Source: Candidatus Marinacidobacterium sp.
Lineage (GTDB): Bacteria > Acidobacteriota > Vicinamibacteria > Marinacidobacterales > Marinacidobacteraceae
Length of the DNA: 64,000 bases
NCBI GenBank assembly: GCA_965204755.1
Contig: OZ242011.1
Span: forward strand, 1,490,266 to 1,554,265
Direction: 5' to 3'
Positions 1 to 8,887 of this stretch are shown here, piece by piece; the first letter of the stretch is position 1; the number at the start of each line of letters is the position of its first letter. Under the pieces are notes generated by a model. That model was not told where the DNA came from. It ran no database searches and worked only from the letters and a program-made list of their open reading frames with translations. Made by a program: the position numbers and the translations under genes.

Positions 1-829
1 CGTCCGGCGGGGGCCGGAACCCGGCAGCCTCGACCACGACCTGGCGCGGCAGGCGGAGGCGCGGGGCGTCTCGCTGCGCTTTTCCGAGCCTCTCGACCCG
101 GCCGAGGCGGACATCGCGGCGGTCGGGCCGCGCGAGGCGGACGGGATCGCCGCCGAACAGCACTTCACCACCGAAGCCGCCGACCGGCTCGAAGTGCTCT
201 GGGACGAGTCCATCTTCCCCGGAGGGGGTTACGCCTACCGCATCGTGAGCGGCGGGCGGGGCATCGTGGCCGCCGCGCTCATCGGCGCGACCGACCGGCC
301 GCAGGGCAGCGGCGACGAGCGGCTGCGCCGCAGCGCCGAGTTCTTCCAGGAGCGCGACCCCATGCCGATGGAATGGGGCCCGGTGCGCTGGTCGCGGGTG
401 AACTTCTACCTCTGCGACTTCGGCCGGGCCGGGCCGCTCCTTCCCGGCGAAGCCGGCGGCCTCATCGACTACACCGCCGGGTTCGGCATCCGCACCGCCC
501 TGGTGTCCGGGCACCTGGCGGGAGTCAGCCTGGCGGAGGGGGGCGGCTACGAGGAACGCATCCGGAAGCGGTTCGGGCGGAGCGTGGCCGGGGCGATCGT
601 CACCCGGCTCTTCATCGAGCGGTTCGGGTTCGGCCCGTTCCTGGCCCTCGCCGCCCGGTCGGACTTCCGCCGGTTCGCCGCGAGGTTCGCCGGCCCGAAC
701 CTCGGCCGGGCCCTGCTCGCCCCGCTGGCCCGGCGGCGGTTCGGGCGGGCGGCCCGGTGCCACCACCTGGGTCCTTGCCGCTGGTGCCGACCGAGGCCCT
801 GGCGGCGCGAAGAGCCGGCTCCCGGTTGA
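1..829 (+). CDS. FAD-dependent oxidoreductase, C-terminal part (5' end lies outside the window)
   Basis: Frame 2 is open from position 2 with no stop. The C-terminal region (GIRTALVSGHLAG...) resembles the geranylgeranyl-reductase/FAD-oxidoreductase family. Its stop TGA (827-829) overlaps the TTG start of the next gene (TTGA). Confidence 0.55.
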   Translation, partial: VRRGPEPGSLDHDLARQAEARGVSLRFSEPLDPAEADIAAVGPREADGIAAEQHFTTEAADRLEVLWDESIFPGGGYAYRIVSGGRGIVAAALIGATDRPQGSGDERLRRSAEFFQERDPMPMEWGPVRWSRVNFYLCDFGRAGPLLPGEAGGLIDYTAGFGIRTALVSGHLAGVSLAEGGGYEERIRKRFGRSVAGAIVTRLFIERFGFGPFLALAARSDFRRFAARFAGPNLGRALLAPLARRRFGRAARCHHLGPCRWCRPRPWRREEPAPG

Positions 830-1707
830 CGCCGACTTCGCTCTCCGCCGCCGAGCGGCTCTGCCGGCGGGTGGCGCACCGCGCCGGGCCGAACTTCTCG
901 GTGGGGTTCCGGCTGCTGCCGCCGGCCAAGCGGCGCGCCGTGTACGCGGCGTACGCGTTCTGCCGTTTCGTGGACGACGAGGTGGACGAGGCCGCGGGCC
1001 GGGGAGAGCGCGGCGGGGGCATCGAAGACGCGCTCGACCGCTGGCAGCGCGAACTCGACTGCGTGTACCGGGGCGCCCCGGAGCGCCCGGTGGGGCGGGC
1101 GCTCGCCGCCGCCCTCGACCGGTTCCCGGCGCCGAAGGCGGCGTTCGAAGGCCTGATCGCCGGCTGCCGGCTCGACCTGTCCAAGACGCGGTACGCGAAC
1201 TTCGACGAGTTGCTCGAGTACTGCCGGTTGGTGGCCGGGACGATCTCCACGATCTCGCTGGCCATCTTCGGCGCGTCGGACCCGGAGGCGGCGGAGCGGG
1301 CGGGCGACCACCTCTCCACCGCGTTCCAACTCACGAATGTGCTGCGCGATGTCGGGGAAGACCTCCGGGAGCGCGACCGCATCTACCTCCCGCTCGACGA
1401 ACTCGGAAGGTTCGGAGTCGCAGAAGACGACCTTCGCCGCGGAGAGATCACGGAAGGAGTCGCCGCCCTGCTGCGATTCCAGTTGGAGCGGGCGCGCGAC
1501 TACTACCGCCGCGCCGAACCGGTTCTCGGCCTCATCGAAGAAGACGCCCGCCGCTGCGCCTGGCTGATGGGAAGGGTCTATCTCGCCGTCCTCGACCGCA
1601 TCGAAGCGAGCGGCTACGCGGTCTTCGGCCCCCGCATCGGCCTCTCCCCCGCGGCCAAACTCGCCCTGGTGGCCCGAAGCCTCCCCGCCGACCTCACCCG
1701 CTGGTGA
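826..1707 (+). CDS. Squalene/phytoene synthase family protein (head-to-head isoprenoid synthase, HpnC/HpnD/CrtB-like)
   Basis: AYAFCRFVDDEVDE is the first Asp-rich motif of this family, followed by the conserved YCRLVAGTI and FQLTNVLRDVGED regions. The TTG start at 826 overlaps the upstream stop. Confidence 0.85.
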   Translation: MTPTSLSAAERLCRRVAHRAGPNFSVGFRLLPPAKRRAVYAAYAFCRFVDDEVDEAAGRGERGGGIEDALDRWQRELDCVYRGAPERPVGRALAAALDRFPAPKAAFEGLIAGCRLDLSKTRYANFDELLEYCRLVAGTISTISLAIFGASDPEAAERAGDHLSTAFQLTNVLRDVGEDLRERDRIYLPLDELGRFGVAEDDLRRGEITEGVAALLRFQLERARDYYRRAEPVLGLIEEDARRCAWLMGRVYLAVLDRIEASGYAVFGPRIGLSPAAKLALVARSLPADLTRW

Positions 1708-1835
1708 AGGTCAGCCGGGCCGATACTTCCGGCCTCGCGTCTCGCCGGCGCAGCGCCCGGATAGTCGGCCTCGATTCCCCCGCCATACATTCGGAAGCCG
1801 CATGGCGGGCGGCGCAGCGGAGAGACGCCGTTCGT

Positions 1836-2291
1836 TCACCAAGACGATTCGACGAGGCGCTCGAGGCGGTCCGTCAGCAGTTCCCACCCGCGGCGAGCGG
1901 TCAAGTCGAGCGCGTCGAGCAGGTCGTCTCCCGAAGCGAGATCCACGGAGTGCCATTCCGCCGCGCCGGTGACCAGGTCCACTTCGACATTCACCTCGGT
2001 CGAACCGAGCGACCATTCCAACTGTGCGCCGCCGGCGAGAGTCGGATAGATGCGGGGCGGCGGCAACCGCTCCGGGTAGTCCTCGTCGAAGCGCGCCGCG
2101 AACCGGTCGAGTCCTGCCGGAGAGGGCGCCCGTCCCTGTCCGTCGAGCCAGCCGTCCCGGAGGGCGCGCAGCGCCTGCCACTGCGCGGCGACGGGAGTCG
2201 AATCGCGCGTTTCGAGGTCCGCTTCGCGGCGGCGCCCGCCCGGCCGGGACCTCCGGTTCCGCGACTCCGGAACTCCGCTTCGGTTCGCCAA
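1836..2291 (-). CDS. Hypothetical protein (start codon uncertain)
   Basis: The C-terminal ~150 codons of minus ORF 1836..3314 have protein-like composition (…AQLEWSLGSTEVNVEVDLVTGAAEWHSVDLASGDDLLDALDLTARRGWELLTDRLERLVESSW). No ATG is in frame; TTG candidates are at 2291 and 2066. Nothing else fills this 730-bp gap. Confidence 0.3.
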   Translation of the reverse strand: MANRSGVPESRNRRSRPGGRRREADLETRDSTPVAAQWQALRALRDGWLDGQGRAPSPAGLDRFAARFDEDYPERLPPPRIYPTLAGGAQLEWSLGSTEVNVEVDLVTGAAEWHSVDLASGDDLLDALDLTARRGWELLTDRLERLVESSW

Positions 2292-2435
2292 TCGATCCGC
2301 GATCGTAGCGGGAGGCGCCCCGAGCGGTGGGCGCGCAGGGTTTCGAACGACTCGACGGCCCTGCGTTCCCGAAAGCCCGCCCGGCAGTCCCGGCCGCGGC
2401 CCGCTCCCGGGTCGGCATCGGGTACCGTCCGGGCG

Positions 2436-3797
2436 ATGCTCTACCGATCGTTGAACCCCGCGACCGAGGAACTGCTGGCCGAGTTCGACACCTCGACGCC
2501 CGGCGAGATCGAGATCGCCCTGCAGAGCGCGGAGCGGGTCTTCTCGGACTGGCGGCGGACGCCGTTCGCCGAGCGGCGGCGGGTGAACGAGCGGCTCGCG
2601 GGCCTGCTCGAAGCGCAGGCGGACGACCTGGCGCGGCTCATGGCCGAGGAGATGGGGAAACCGCTGGCCCAGGGCGTGGCGGAGGCGCAGAAGTGCGCCT
2701 GGGTGGCGCGGCACTACGCGGAGACCGGGGAGAGGGCGCTTCGCCCCCGCCCGCTCGAGTCCGACGGGAGCGAGACCCGGCAGCAGTTCGAACCCCTCGG
2801 GCCGCTGTTCGCGGTCATGCCGTGGAACTTCCCGTTCTGGCAGGTCATCCGGGTGTCGGCGGCGAACTTCCTCACCGGCAACCCGATGCTGCTGAAACAC
2901 GCGCCGTCCGTCCCCCGCTGCGCGTTGCGCATCGTCCGGCTCTACGCGGAGGCCGGGGCGCCGGACGGCCTGATCGGGAACCTCTTCCTGACGAACGAAC
3001 AGGCGGCGGCCTGCATCGCCGATCCGCGGGTGCGGGCGGTGACCCTGACCGGGAGTTCCCGGGCGGGGAGCGAAGTCGCCGCGGAGGCCGGCCGCGCGCT
3101 GAAGCCGATGGTCGCCGAACTCGGCGGGAGCGATCCGTTCGTCGTTTTCGACGACGCCGACCTCGCCGAGGCGGCCGCCGCCGGCGCGGGAGCGCGGCTC
3201 ATCAACTCCGGCCAGAGTTGCATCGCCGCCAAGCGGTTCCTGGTCCAGCGGAGCGTCTTCGACGACTTCGCCGCGAAGTTCACCGAGCGCATCGCCGGCG
3301 CTCCCGTCGGGCATCCGGCGGACCCGGCCACCGAGGTCGGGCCGCTGGCCCGCGAAGACCTGCGCGACCGGCTGGAAGACCAGGTCGCCCGGTCCGTGGC
3401 CGCCGGAGCGGAAGTCCTCCAGCGCGGCGAAGCGCCCGAAGTCGGCTACTACTCCGCGACCGGCGTGCTCGGCGGCGCTCGCCCCGGCGCTCCCGCCTGG
3501 AGCGAGGAACTCTTCGGCCCGGTGGCCGTGCTCCTGCCGTTCGAGGACGAACGCCAGGCGGTCGAGATCGCGAACGCGACGCCCTACGGGCTCGGTTCCT
3601 CGCTGTGGACCTCCGACCCGGCGCGGGCGGAGCGGCTGATCCCCGAGATCGAGGCCGGCGCGGTGTTCGTGAACGGCATCACCAAGTCCGATCCGCGCGT
3701 TCCCTTCGGCGGCGCGAAGTCGTCCGGTTTCGGACGCGAGTTGGGAACCGACGGCCTCACCGAGTTCACGAACCGCAAGACCGTCTGGATCCGCTGA
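2436..3797 (+). CDS. NAD(P)+-dependent aldehyde dehydrogenase (succinate-semialdehyde dehydrogenase-like)
   Basis: ATG at 2436 (MLYRSLNPATEELLAEF). ALDH motifs are present: catalytic Cys region GQSCIAAKRF, ELGG, and the FVNGITKSDPRVPFGGAKSSGFGRE C-terminus. Confidence 0.9.
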   Translation: MLYRSLNPATEELLAEFDTSTPGEIEIALQSAERVFSDWRRTPFAERRRVNERLAGLLEAQADDLARLMAEEMGKPLAQGVAEAQKCAWVARHYAETGERALRPRPLESDGSETRQQFEPLGPLFAVMPWNFPFWQVIRVSAANFLTGNPMLLKHAPSVPRCALRIVRLYAEAGAPDGLIGNLFLTNEQAAACIADPRVRAVTLTGSSRAGSEVAAEAGRALKPMVAELGGSDPFVVFDDADLAEAAAAGAGARLINSGQSCIAAKRFLVQRSVFDDFAAKFTERIAGAPVGHPADPATEVGPLAREDLRDRLEDQVARSVAAGAEVLQRGEAPEVGYYSATGVLGGARPGAPAWSEELFGPVAVLLPFEDERQAVEIANATPYGLGSSLWTSDPARAERLIPEIEAGAVFVNGITKSDPRVPFGGAKSSGFGRELGTDGLTEFTNRKTVWIR

Positions 3798-3866
3798 GCG
3801 GCGCCGCCGCCCTTCGCCGCGCGGCGCGCCGGCGGAGCGGCTATCCCGCCGCCGGACGCCGCCGGT

Positions 3867-4556
3867 TCACAGCGGCCAGGCCTCCTGCCGCCAGGCCATG
3901 TCCCAGAACATCCACTCGTAACGGGAAGTCATGGCGAAGTGCCGGGCCATCGCCCGGCGGGCGGCGTCGCCGAGGTCTTCCGCGGTCCGGTCGGTGAGGG
4001 CCACCACCCGCTGCACCACCGCGTCGTACTCCGCGCTGCCGTAACTCTCGATCCACCGCCGGTAGAGCGGGTCGGGAGACGGCGGGCGCCCCAGCAGTTC
4101 CTTGCCGACTTCCGCGTAGATCCAGTAGCAGGGGAGCACCGCGGCGAGGCCCTCGTGGAAGGGCCGGGAGTGGACCTGCGAGAGGAAGTAGGCGGTGTAC
4201 GCCTGGTTCGTCGGCGCCGGCTGCCGGGAGAACAACTCCTCCCGGGCGCCTCCGAGTTCCTCGAGGAACGCGCCGAGTTGTTCCCGTTCGCCCTTCACGG
4301 TCTCGACGGCGTCGCCGCAGAGCGCCTCGGTGATGTCCGGGTGCGGCGCCTTGCCGCCGAGGATCGCCACCGCGCGTGCGAAGTCGTGCAGGTAGAGCGC
4401 GTCCTCGATCACATAGAAGCGGAACACCTGCCGGTCGAGCGTCCCGTCCGCGAGGCCGGCCAGGAACGGATGCCGCAGGATCTCCGAGTAGATGGGCTCG
4501 ATCCCGGCCCACAGCCGGGAAGTGAACGAATCCGGGGTCTCGGGAGCGCCGCTCAT
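3867..4556 (-). CDS. tenA: TenA/THI-4 family aminopyrimidine aminohydrolase (thiaminase II)
   Basis: 229 aa. The N-terminus FTSRLWAGIEPIYSEILRHPFLAGLADGTLDRQVFRFYVIEDALYL is typical of TenA/PqqC-like proteins. Confidence 0.8.
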   Translation of the reverse strand: MSGAPETPDSFTSRLWAGIEPIYSEILRHPFLAGLADGTLDRQVFRFYVIEDALYLHDFARAVAILGGKAPHPDITEALCGDAVETVKGEREQLGAFLEELGGAREELFSRQPAPTNQAYTAYFLSQVHSRPFHEGLAAVLPCYWIYAEVGKELLGRPPSPDPLYRRWIESYGSAEYDAVVQRVVALTDRTAEDLGDAARRAMARHFAMTSRYEWMFWDMAWRQEAWPL

Positions 4557-4580
4557 CGCGCCGGATGCTAACCCCGCTCC

Positions 4581-6110
4581 TCAGCCCAGGACCACCGGCG
4601 CCCAGAAGACGGCGAACAGGCTGGCGAGGACGGCGCCGATCAGGTTGGCGCCGATGCCGGCGCGCACCATCTGCGGGATCCGGAACTGGCCGGTGCCGAA
4701 CACGATGGCGTTCGGGGGCGTCGCCGCCGGCAACATGAACGCGCAGGAAGCGGCCACCGTGGCCGGGGCGAGCAGGGTCAGCGGGGCGATCCCCGCCGAG
4801 ACTTCGACCGCGGCCAGGATCGGCAGGATCATCGCCACCGACGCCAGGTTGGACGCGAACTCGGTGAGCAGGATCACGAAGAGCACCACGAGAACCACGA
4901 ATACCGGCAGGGGCAGCGCCGAAGCGGCGGCGAGCCGGCGGCCGAGGAACTCGGAGAGGCCGCTCACTTCGATCCCGTTCGCCAGCGCGAACCCGCCGCC
5001 GAACAGGAGCAGCACATCCCAGGGGATGGCCCGGCCCCACTCCCAATTCAGGATGCGCTCGCGCCCGGCGTCCGCGGCGCGGACCGCGGCCCCGCCGGGA
5101 GGAGGATTCCCGGGCGCCGAGGCAGAGGCCCCGGCGGGGAGGAGGAAGCAGAGGACGGTGGCGGCCATGGCGATCGTGGAGTCGGTGATCAGTTCGCCGT
5201 TCGGCACGAAGGCCGTCCAGACCGGACGGAACATCCAGGCGAGCGCGGTGCTCCCGAAGAGGACCGCCAAGCGGCGCTCCGGCGTGGAAAACGGCCCCAG
5301 GCGTTCGTATTCGGCGCGGACCGGGGCGAGGCCGCCGGGCAACTCCCGCAGCCGCAAGGGGAACGCGATACGCGTCAGCCAGAGCCAGACCGCCGGCAGG
5401 AACAGCAGGGTCAGCGGCAGCGCGAAGGCGAGCCATCTCCCGAAGCCGATGTCGATGCCGTACTCGTCGTGGGCGAACCCGGACAGGAACACATTCGGCG
5501 GCGTGCCGATGAGCGTGGCGAAGCCGCCGATGGAAGACCCGTAGGCGCAGCCGAGCATCAGGCAGACCGCGAAGGGCGAGCCGGCGGTCGCCGCCGCGAG
5601 CCCCCCGCCGGCGGCGGAACCCCCTTCCCGCGCGCGTTCCGCGGCGGCCACTTCGCGGATCACGGCGACGCCGATGGGCATCATCATCGCGGTGGTGGCG
5701 GTGTTCGAGACCCACATGGACAAGAACCCGGACGCCGCCATGAACCCCAGGACGATCCGCGCCGGCGAGCCCCCGATCGCCAGCACGATCCGCAGCGCCA
5801 GCCGCCGGTGGAGGTTCCACCGCTGCATCGCCTGCGCCAGCATGAACCCGCCGAGGAACAGGTACACCAAGTGGTTCGCGTAGGGCGCGGCGGCCTCCCC
5901 GGCGGTGGCGAGGCCGAACGCCGGCAGGAGGACCAGCGGCAGGAGCGAAGTCACCGCGAGCGGCGCGGCCTCGGTGACCCACCAGGCGGCCATCACCGCG
6001 GCCACCGCCAGCATCAGCCGCGGTTCGGAAGGAAGGCCGGGGATCGGGACCGCGGCGAGCCCGACCAGCAGGCCGAGGCCCAGGACCAGCCCGACGCGCT
6101 GCCGGGTCAT
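4581..6110 (-). CDS. DASS/SLC13-family anion:Na+ symporter (sulfate/di-tricarboxylate transporter)
   Basis: 509 aa polytopic membrane protein; MWVSNTATTAMMMPIG and the duplicated C-terminal half are characteristic of the CitT/DASS family. Confidence 0.8.
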   Translation of the reverse strand: MTRQRVGLVLGLGLLVGLAAVPIPGLPSEPRLMLAVAAVMAAWWVTEAAPLAVTSLLPLVLLPAFGLATAGEAAAPYANHLVYLFLGGFMLAQAMQRWNLHRRLALRIVLAIGGSPARIVLGFMAASGFLSMWVSNTATTAMMMPIGVAVIREVAAAERAREGGSAAGGGLAAATAGSPFAVCLMLGCAYGSSIGGFATLIGTPPNVFLSGFAHDEYGIDIGFGRWLAFALPLTLLFLPAVWLWLTRIAFPLRLRELPGGLAPVRAEYERLGPFSTPERRLAVLFGSTALAWMFRPVWTAFVPNGELITDSTIAMAATVLCFLLPAGASASAPGNPPPGGAAVRAADAGRERILNWEWGRAIPWDVLLLFGGGFALANGIEVSGLSEFLGRRLAAASALPLPVFVVLVVLFVILLTEFASNLASVAMILPILAAVEVSAGIAPLTLLAPATVAASCAFMLPAATPPNAIVFGTGQFRIPQMVRAGIGANLIGAVLASLFAVFWAPVVLG

Positions 6111-6144
6111 GCGGCGGCCCCCCGCGCCGACCGCCGACCGCCGC

Positions 6145-7491
6145 TCACTCGGATCGGAGCGCGACGATCGGGTCGAGACGGGAGGCGCGGCGGGCCGGAA
6201 TCCACCCGAAGAAGACGCCCACCGCGCCGGCGAGGAGCGCCGCCCCGACGGGGGCCGCCGCCGGAATCAGCGTCCGCCAGCCGAGCGCCCGCTCCACCCC
6301 GGAAGCCGCCGCCGCCCCCGCGGCGATGCCCAGGAGCCCGCCGAGGACCGCGAGCGCCGTCGCCTCCGCCAAGAACTGCCAGAGGACATCCCGGCGGCGG
6401 GCGCCCACCGCGAGCCGCAGCCCGATCTCGCGGGTGCGCTCCGTCACCGCGAGCAGCATCACATTCATGATGCCGACGCCGCCCACCACCAGCGAGACGC
6501 CGGCGAGGGCGCCGAGCAGCAGGGTCATCGTCGAGGTGGCCCGGTTCAGCGTGCCGACCATCTCCTCGGAGGTCATCTCGTCGAGGCGCGGCATGGAAGC
6601 GAGCACGAAGGCGGCGGCCGTGGTGTAGAGCCCCTCGGTGAGCGCCGAAGTCGCCTGCGTCCGGACCACGAAGTCGTCGGGGAGCCGACCGCTCCGGCGG
6701 AACGCGTGCGGCGCGTCGGACTCCGCCGGGGGCGCGGCGCGGGTGAGCCGGTGCCGCTCCCGCAGCAGTCGGGTCACTTCCCGGCCCACCCGCGAGGCGT
6801 CGCCGGCGCGTTCCGTCGAGATGACCACCTCCTGGAGGTGGGCCCGGCCGAGGGTCTCGGCGAGCAACGGCCAGGGGACGAGCGCGGACTCCACGAGGCG
6901 CCGGTCGGTGGTGCGGAACACGCCCACGACTTCGAACTCGCGGCCCCGGGCCGCGAACCGGCGGCCCACGGCGGAGCGTCCGGGGAACAGTTCGGCGGCC
7001 GCCGCGGCGGAGAGGAGGGCCACCGGCCGGCGCGCCTCCACGGCGTCGGCGTCGAAGTTCTCCCCCTCGACCAGGGAGAGCCGCCAGATCCGGGCGGCGG
7101 CTTCGGAAACGCCGCGCACCGGGGCGAAGAAGTCGCCGAGGTCGGAAGCGAGCGCGGCCCGGTCCTCGACGACCGGGCTGACCGAAGCCACCTGGTCGAG
7201 CGCCCCGATCGCCTCCGCGTCGGCGACGGAGAGCGTGTCGGCGCGCCCGAACCCGGAGGGGATGTTCACGGCGTCGCCCCCCCGGATGTAGTTCCCGGCG
7301 CGGACGACCACGATGTTCGTGCCCGCCGACCGCACATCGTCCCGGACCGCCGCGCGGGCGCCGGTTCCGAGCGCGGCCATGGTGATCACCGAGGCCACGC
7401 CGATCACCAACCCGACGAGCGCGAGCCCGGTGCGCAGCGGGTTCGCCCGAAGCGCCGCGGCGGCGGTCCGGAACGGGAGGGGCGCTTCCAC
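6145..7491 (-). CDS. ABC transporter permease, MacB/FtsX-like
   Basis: 448 aa. It has an N-terminal TM helix, a large periplasmic domain and a C-terminal FtsX 4-TM block (…ERTREIGLRLAVGARRRDVLWQFLAEA…). No ATPase gene is adjacent. Confidence 0.85.
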   Translation of the reverse strand: MEAPLPFRTAAAALRANPLRTGLALVGLVIGVASVITMAALGTGARAAVRDDVRSAGTNIVVVRAGNYIRGGDAVNIPSGFGRADTLSVADAEAIGALDQVASVSPVVEDRAALASDLGDFFAPVRGVSEAAARIWRLSLVEGENFDADAVEARRPVALLSAAAAAELFPGRSAVGRRFAARGREFEVVGVFRTTDRRLVESALVPWPLLAETLGRAHLQEVVISTERAGDASRVGREVTRLLRERHRLTRAAPPAESDAPHAFRRSGRLPDDFVVRTQATSALTEGLYTTAAAFVLASMPRLDEMTSEEMVGTLNRATSTMTLLLGALAGVSLVVGGVGIMNVMLLAVTERTREIGLRLAVGARRRDVLWQFLAEATALAVLGGLLGIAAGAAAASGVERALGWRTLIPAAAPVGAALLAGAVGVFFGWIPARRASRLDPIVALRSE

Positions 7492-7599
7492 GGGCGCGGA
7501 GTCTATGGGCGGCCGTCCCGTGTCTCCCCGCGGTCTCCCCGGCGGGCGGGCGGACGGAGCGGCGCCGCCGACCCCGCCCGGTATCCTGCTCTCCTCGTC

Positions 7600-8076
7600 G
7601 TGCGGCTGCTCCGGTTCGTCGCGCTCCTGAGCGGCGTTTACGACCTGCTGCTCGGCGGCGCGCTCCTGTTCGCCCTCGACGAAACCGTCCGGCTGCTCGG
7701 GGTTCCTCCTCCCCGGTTCCCGCTCAACGCGAACCTGAACGGGCTGTTCGCGCTGGCGGTGGGCGCCGGCTACTTCGCGGTCCTCCCGGCGCCGGAGCGC
7801 GGGCGGTTCTACCTGTGGATCATGGGGCCGTTCCTGAAGGGCGGAGGGGCGGTGCTCTTCGCGCTGGACTTCGCGCTCCGGGGCTCTCCGGCGGTCTTCC
7901 TGCTGTTCGCGGCCAGCGACGGCGCGCTCGCCGCGCTCACCGCATTCGCGCTCACGCGGCGGCCGGAGCCGGCGCCGCCCGCTAGGGCCGGCGAGGTCGG
8001 GACCGCCCGCGAAGCGCGGGACTCCGGGCCGGCGGCAGCGGACGAAGAGGACGAGAGGGCGGCGGCCCTAAACTGA
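7600..8076 (+). CDS. Hypothetical small membrane protein
   Basis: The tail of the long frame-1 ORF (5905..8076) is membrane-like (RLLRFVALLSGVYDLLLGGALLFALDE…AVLFALDFALRGSPAVFLLFAASDGALAALTAF) and contrasts with the Arg/Gly-rich junk upstream. The GTG at 7600 is the first plausible start. Confidence 0.4.
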   Translation: MRLLRFVALLSGVYDLLLGGALLFALDETVRLLGVPPPRFPLNANLNGLFALAVGAGYFAVLPAPERGRFYLWIMGPFLKGGGAVLFALDFALRGSPAVFLLFAASDGALAALTAFALTRRPEPAPPARAGEVGTAREARDSGPAAADEEDERAAALN

Positions 8077-8098
8077 CCCCTCCCGGACACCGTTTCCC

Positions 8099-8830
8099 TT
8101 GGATCAACTGGATCTGTTTCGCCGGCTCGCGCGGGCCCGCGACGACGATCCCGCGTGGCGCGACCTGCTGGAACTGTGTCTGTCGCAGGTGCGCCGGACG
8201 CTCTGGTTCCGGAACTGGATGCCGCGGGAAAACAGCCGGGCCTTCGTGGCGGACATCGCGCAGGAAGTCCTGTTGCGGCTGGTCGCGGAGGATCGGCGCC
8301 GGCTGGATCGGCTGGTGGCGCTCGGCAGCATCGCGCTCCAGTTGTACCTGCGCCGGATGGTGGAGAACGCGGTCTGCGACCAACTCCGCGCCGACATGGT
8401 GCGGATCAAACTCGAGGACGCGCTGGCGTTCGACGACCTTCCGCCGCATCTCGACGAGGCGCTCCACCAGGCGCTCGCGACGAACACCGAGGAGAACCCG
8501 GACGCGGACCTGAGCGCCCGGGAGGTCCGGGAAGTCGTCGAGCGGGCGCTGCGCGCGGTCGCCCCGCCCGGGCCGGAGCGGTCGTTCTACCGGCAACTCT
8601 TCCAACTCTATTTCGTGGAGGGCCGGAGCACGCCGCAGATCGCCCGGATGCCGACGGTTCCGCTCAGCCCTTCCGGTGTCCGCCGGCGCATCGCCCACCT
8701 GCGGGAGATCCTGCAGGCGGCCTTCGACGGCGAACCGCTCCACGGACTGGTCGTGGGCCGCGCCCGGTCGCGCGCCCGCTCCGCGGCCCGCCACCAGCCG
8801 CGCCGAGGCAGCCGGGACCGCCACCGGTAG
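8099..8830 (+). CDS. RNA polymerase sigma factor, sigma-70/ECF-like
   Basis: A region 2-like segment (…ADIAQEVLLRLV…) and a region 4 HTH (LYFVEGRSTPQIARM…VRRRIAHLREILQ). The start is a TTG at 8099. Confidence 0.65.
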   Translation: MDQLDLFRRLARARDDDPAWRDLLELCLSQVRRTLWFRNWMPRENSRAFVADIAQEVLLRLVAEDRRRLDRLVALGSIALQLYLRRMVENAVCDQLRADMVRIKLEDALAFDDLPPHLDEALHQALATNTEENPDADLSAREVREVVERALRAVAPPGPERSFYRQLFQLYFVEGRSTPQIARMPTVPLSPSGVRRRIAHLREILQAAFDGEPLHGLVVGRARSRARSAARHQPRRGSRDRHR

Positions 8831-8887
8831 CCTCGGCGGGGCGGCGGCCGGGACGCGGCCGTCGGAAGACCGCCGGCCGCCGCGAGG

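Noticed and set aside
4556-4581. TPP riboswitch upstream of tenA
   Set aside because: Only ~25 nt separate the tenA start from the upstream gene's stop, so there is no room for a riboswitch. tenA is probably co-transcribed with the DASS transporter.
3841-5982. 713-aa minus-strand ORF across tenA/DASS
   Set aside because: It is a frame-shifted shadow of the real tenA and DASS genes and has Arg-rich junk composition.
5905-8076. 723-aa plus-strand ORF overlapping the DASS transporter and FtsX permease
   Set aside because: It is antisense to two well-supported minus-strand genes and Arg/Gly/Pro-dominated. Only its last ~160 codons (7600..8076) look protein-like, and those are called separately.
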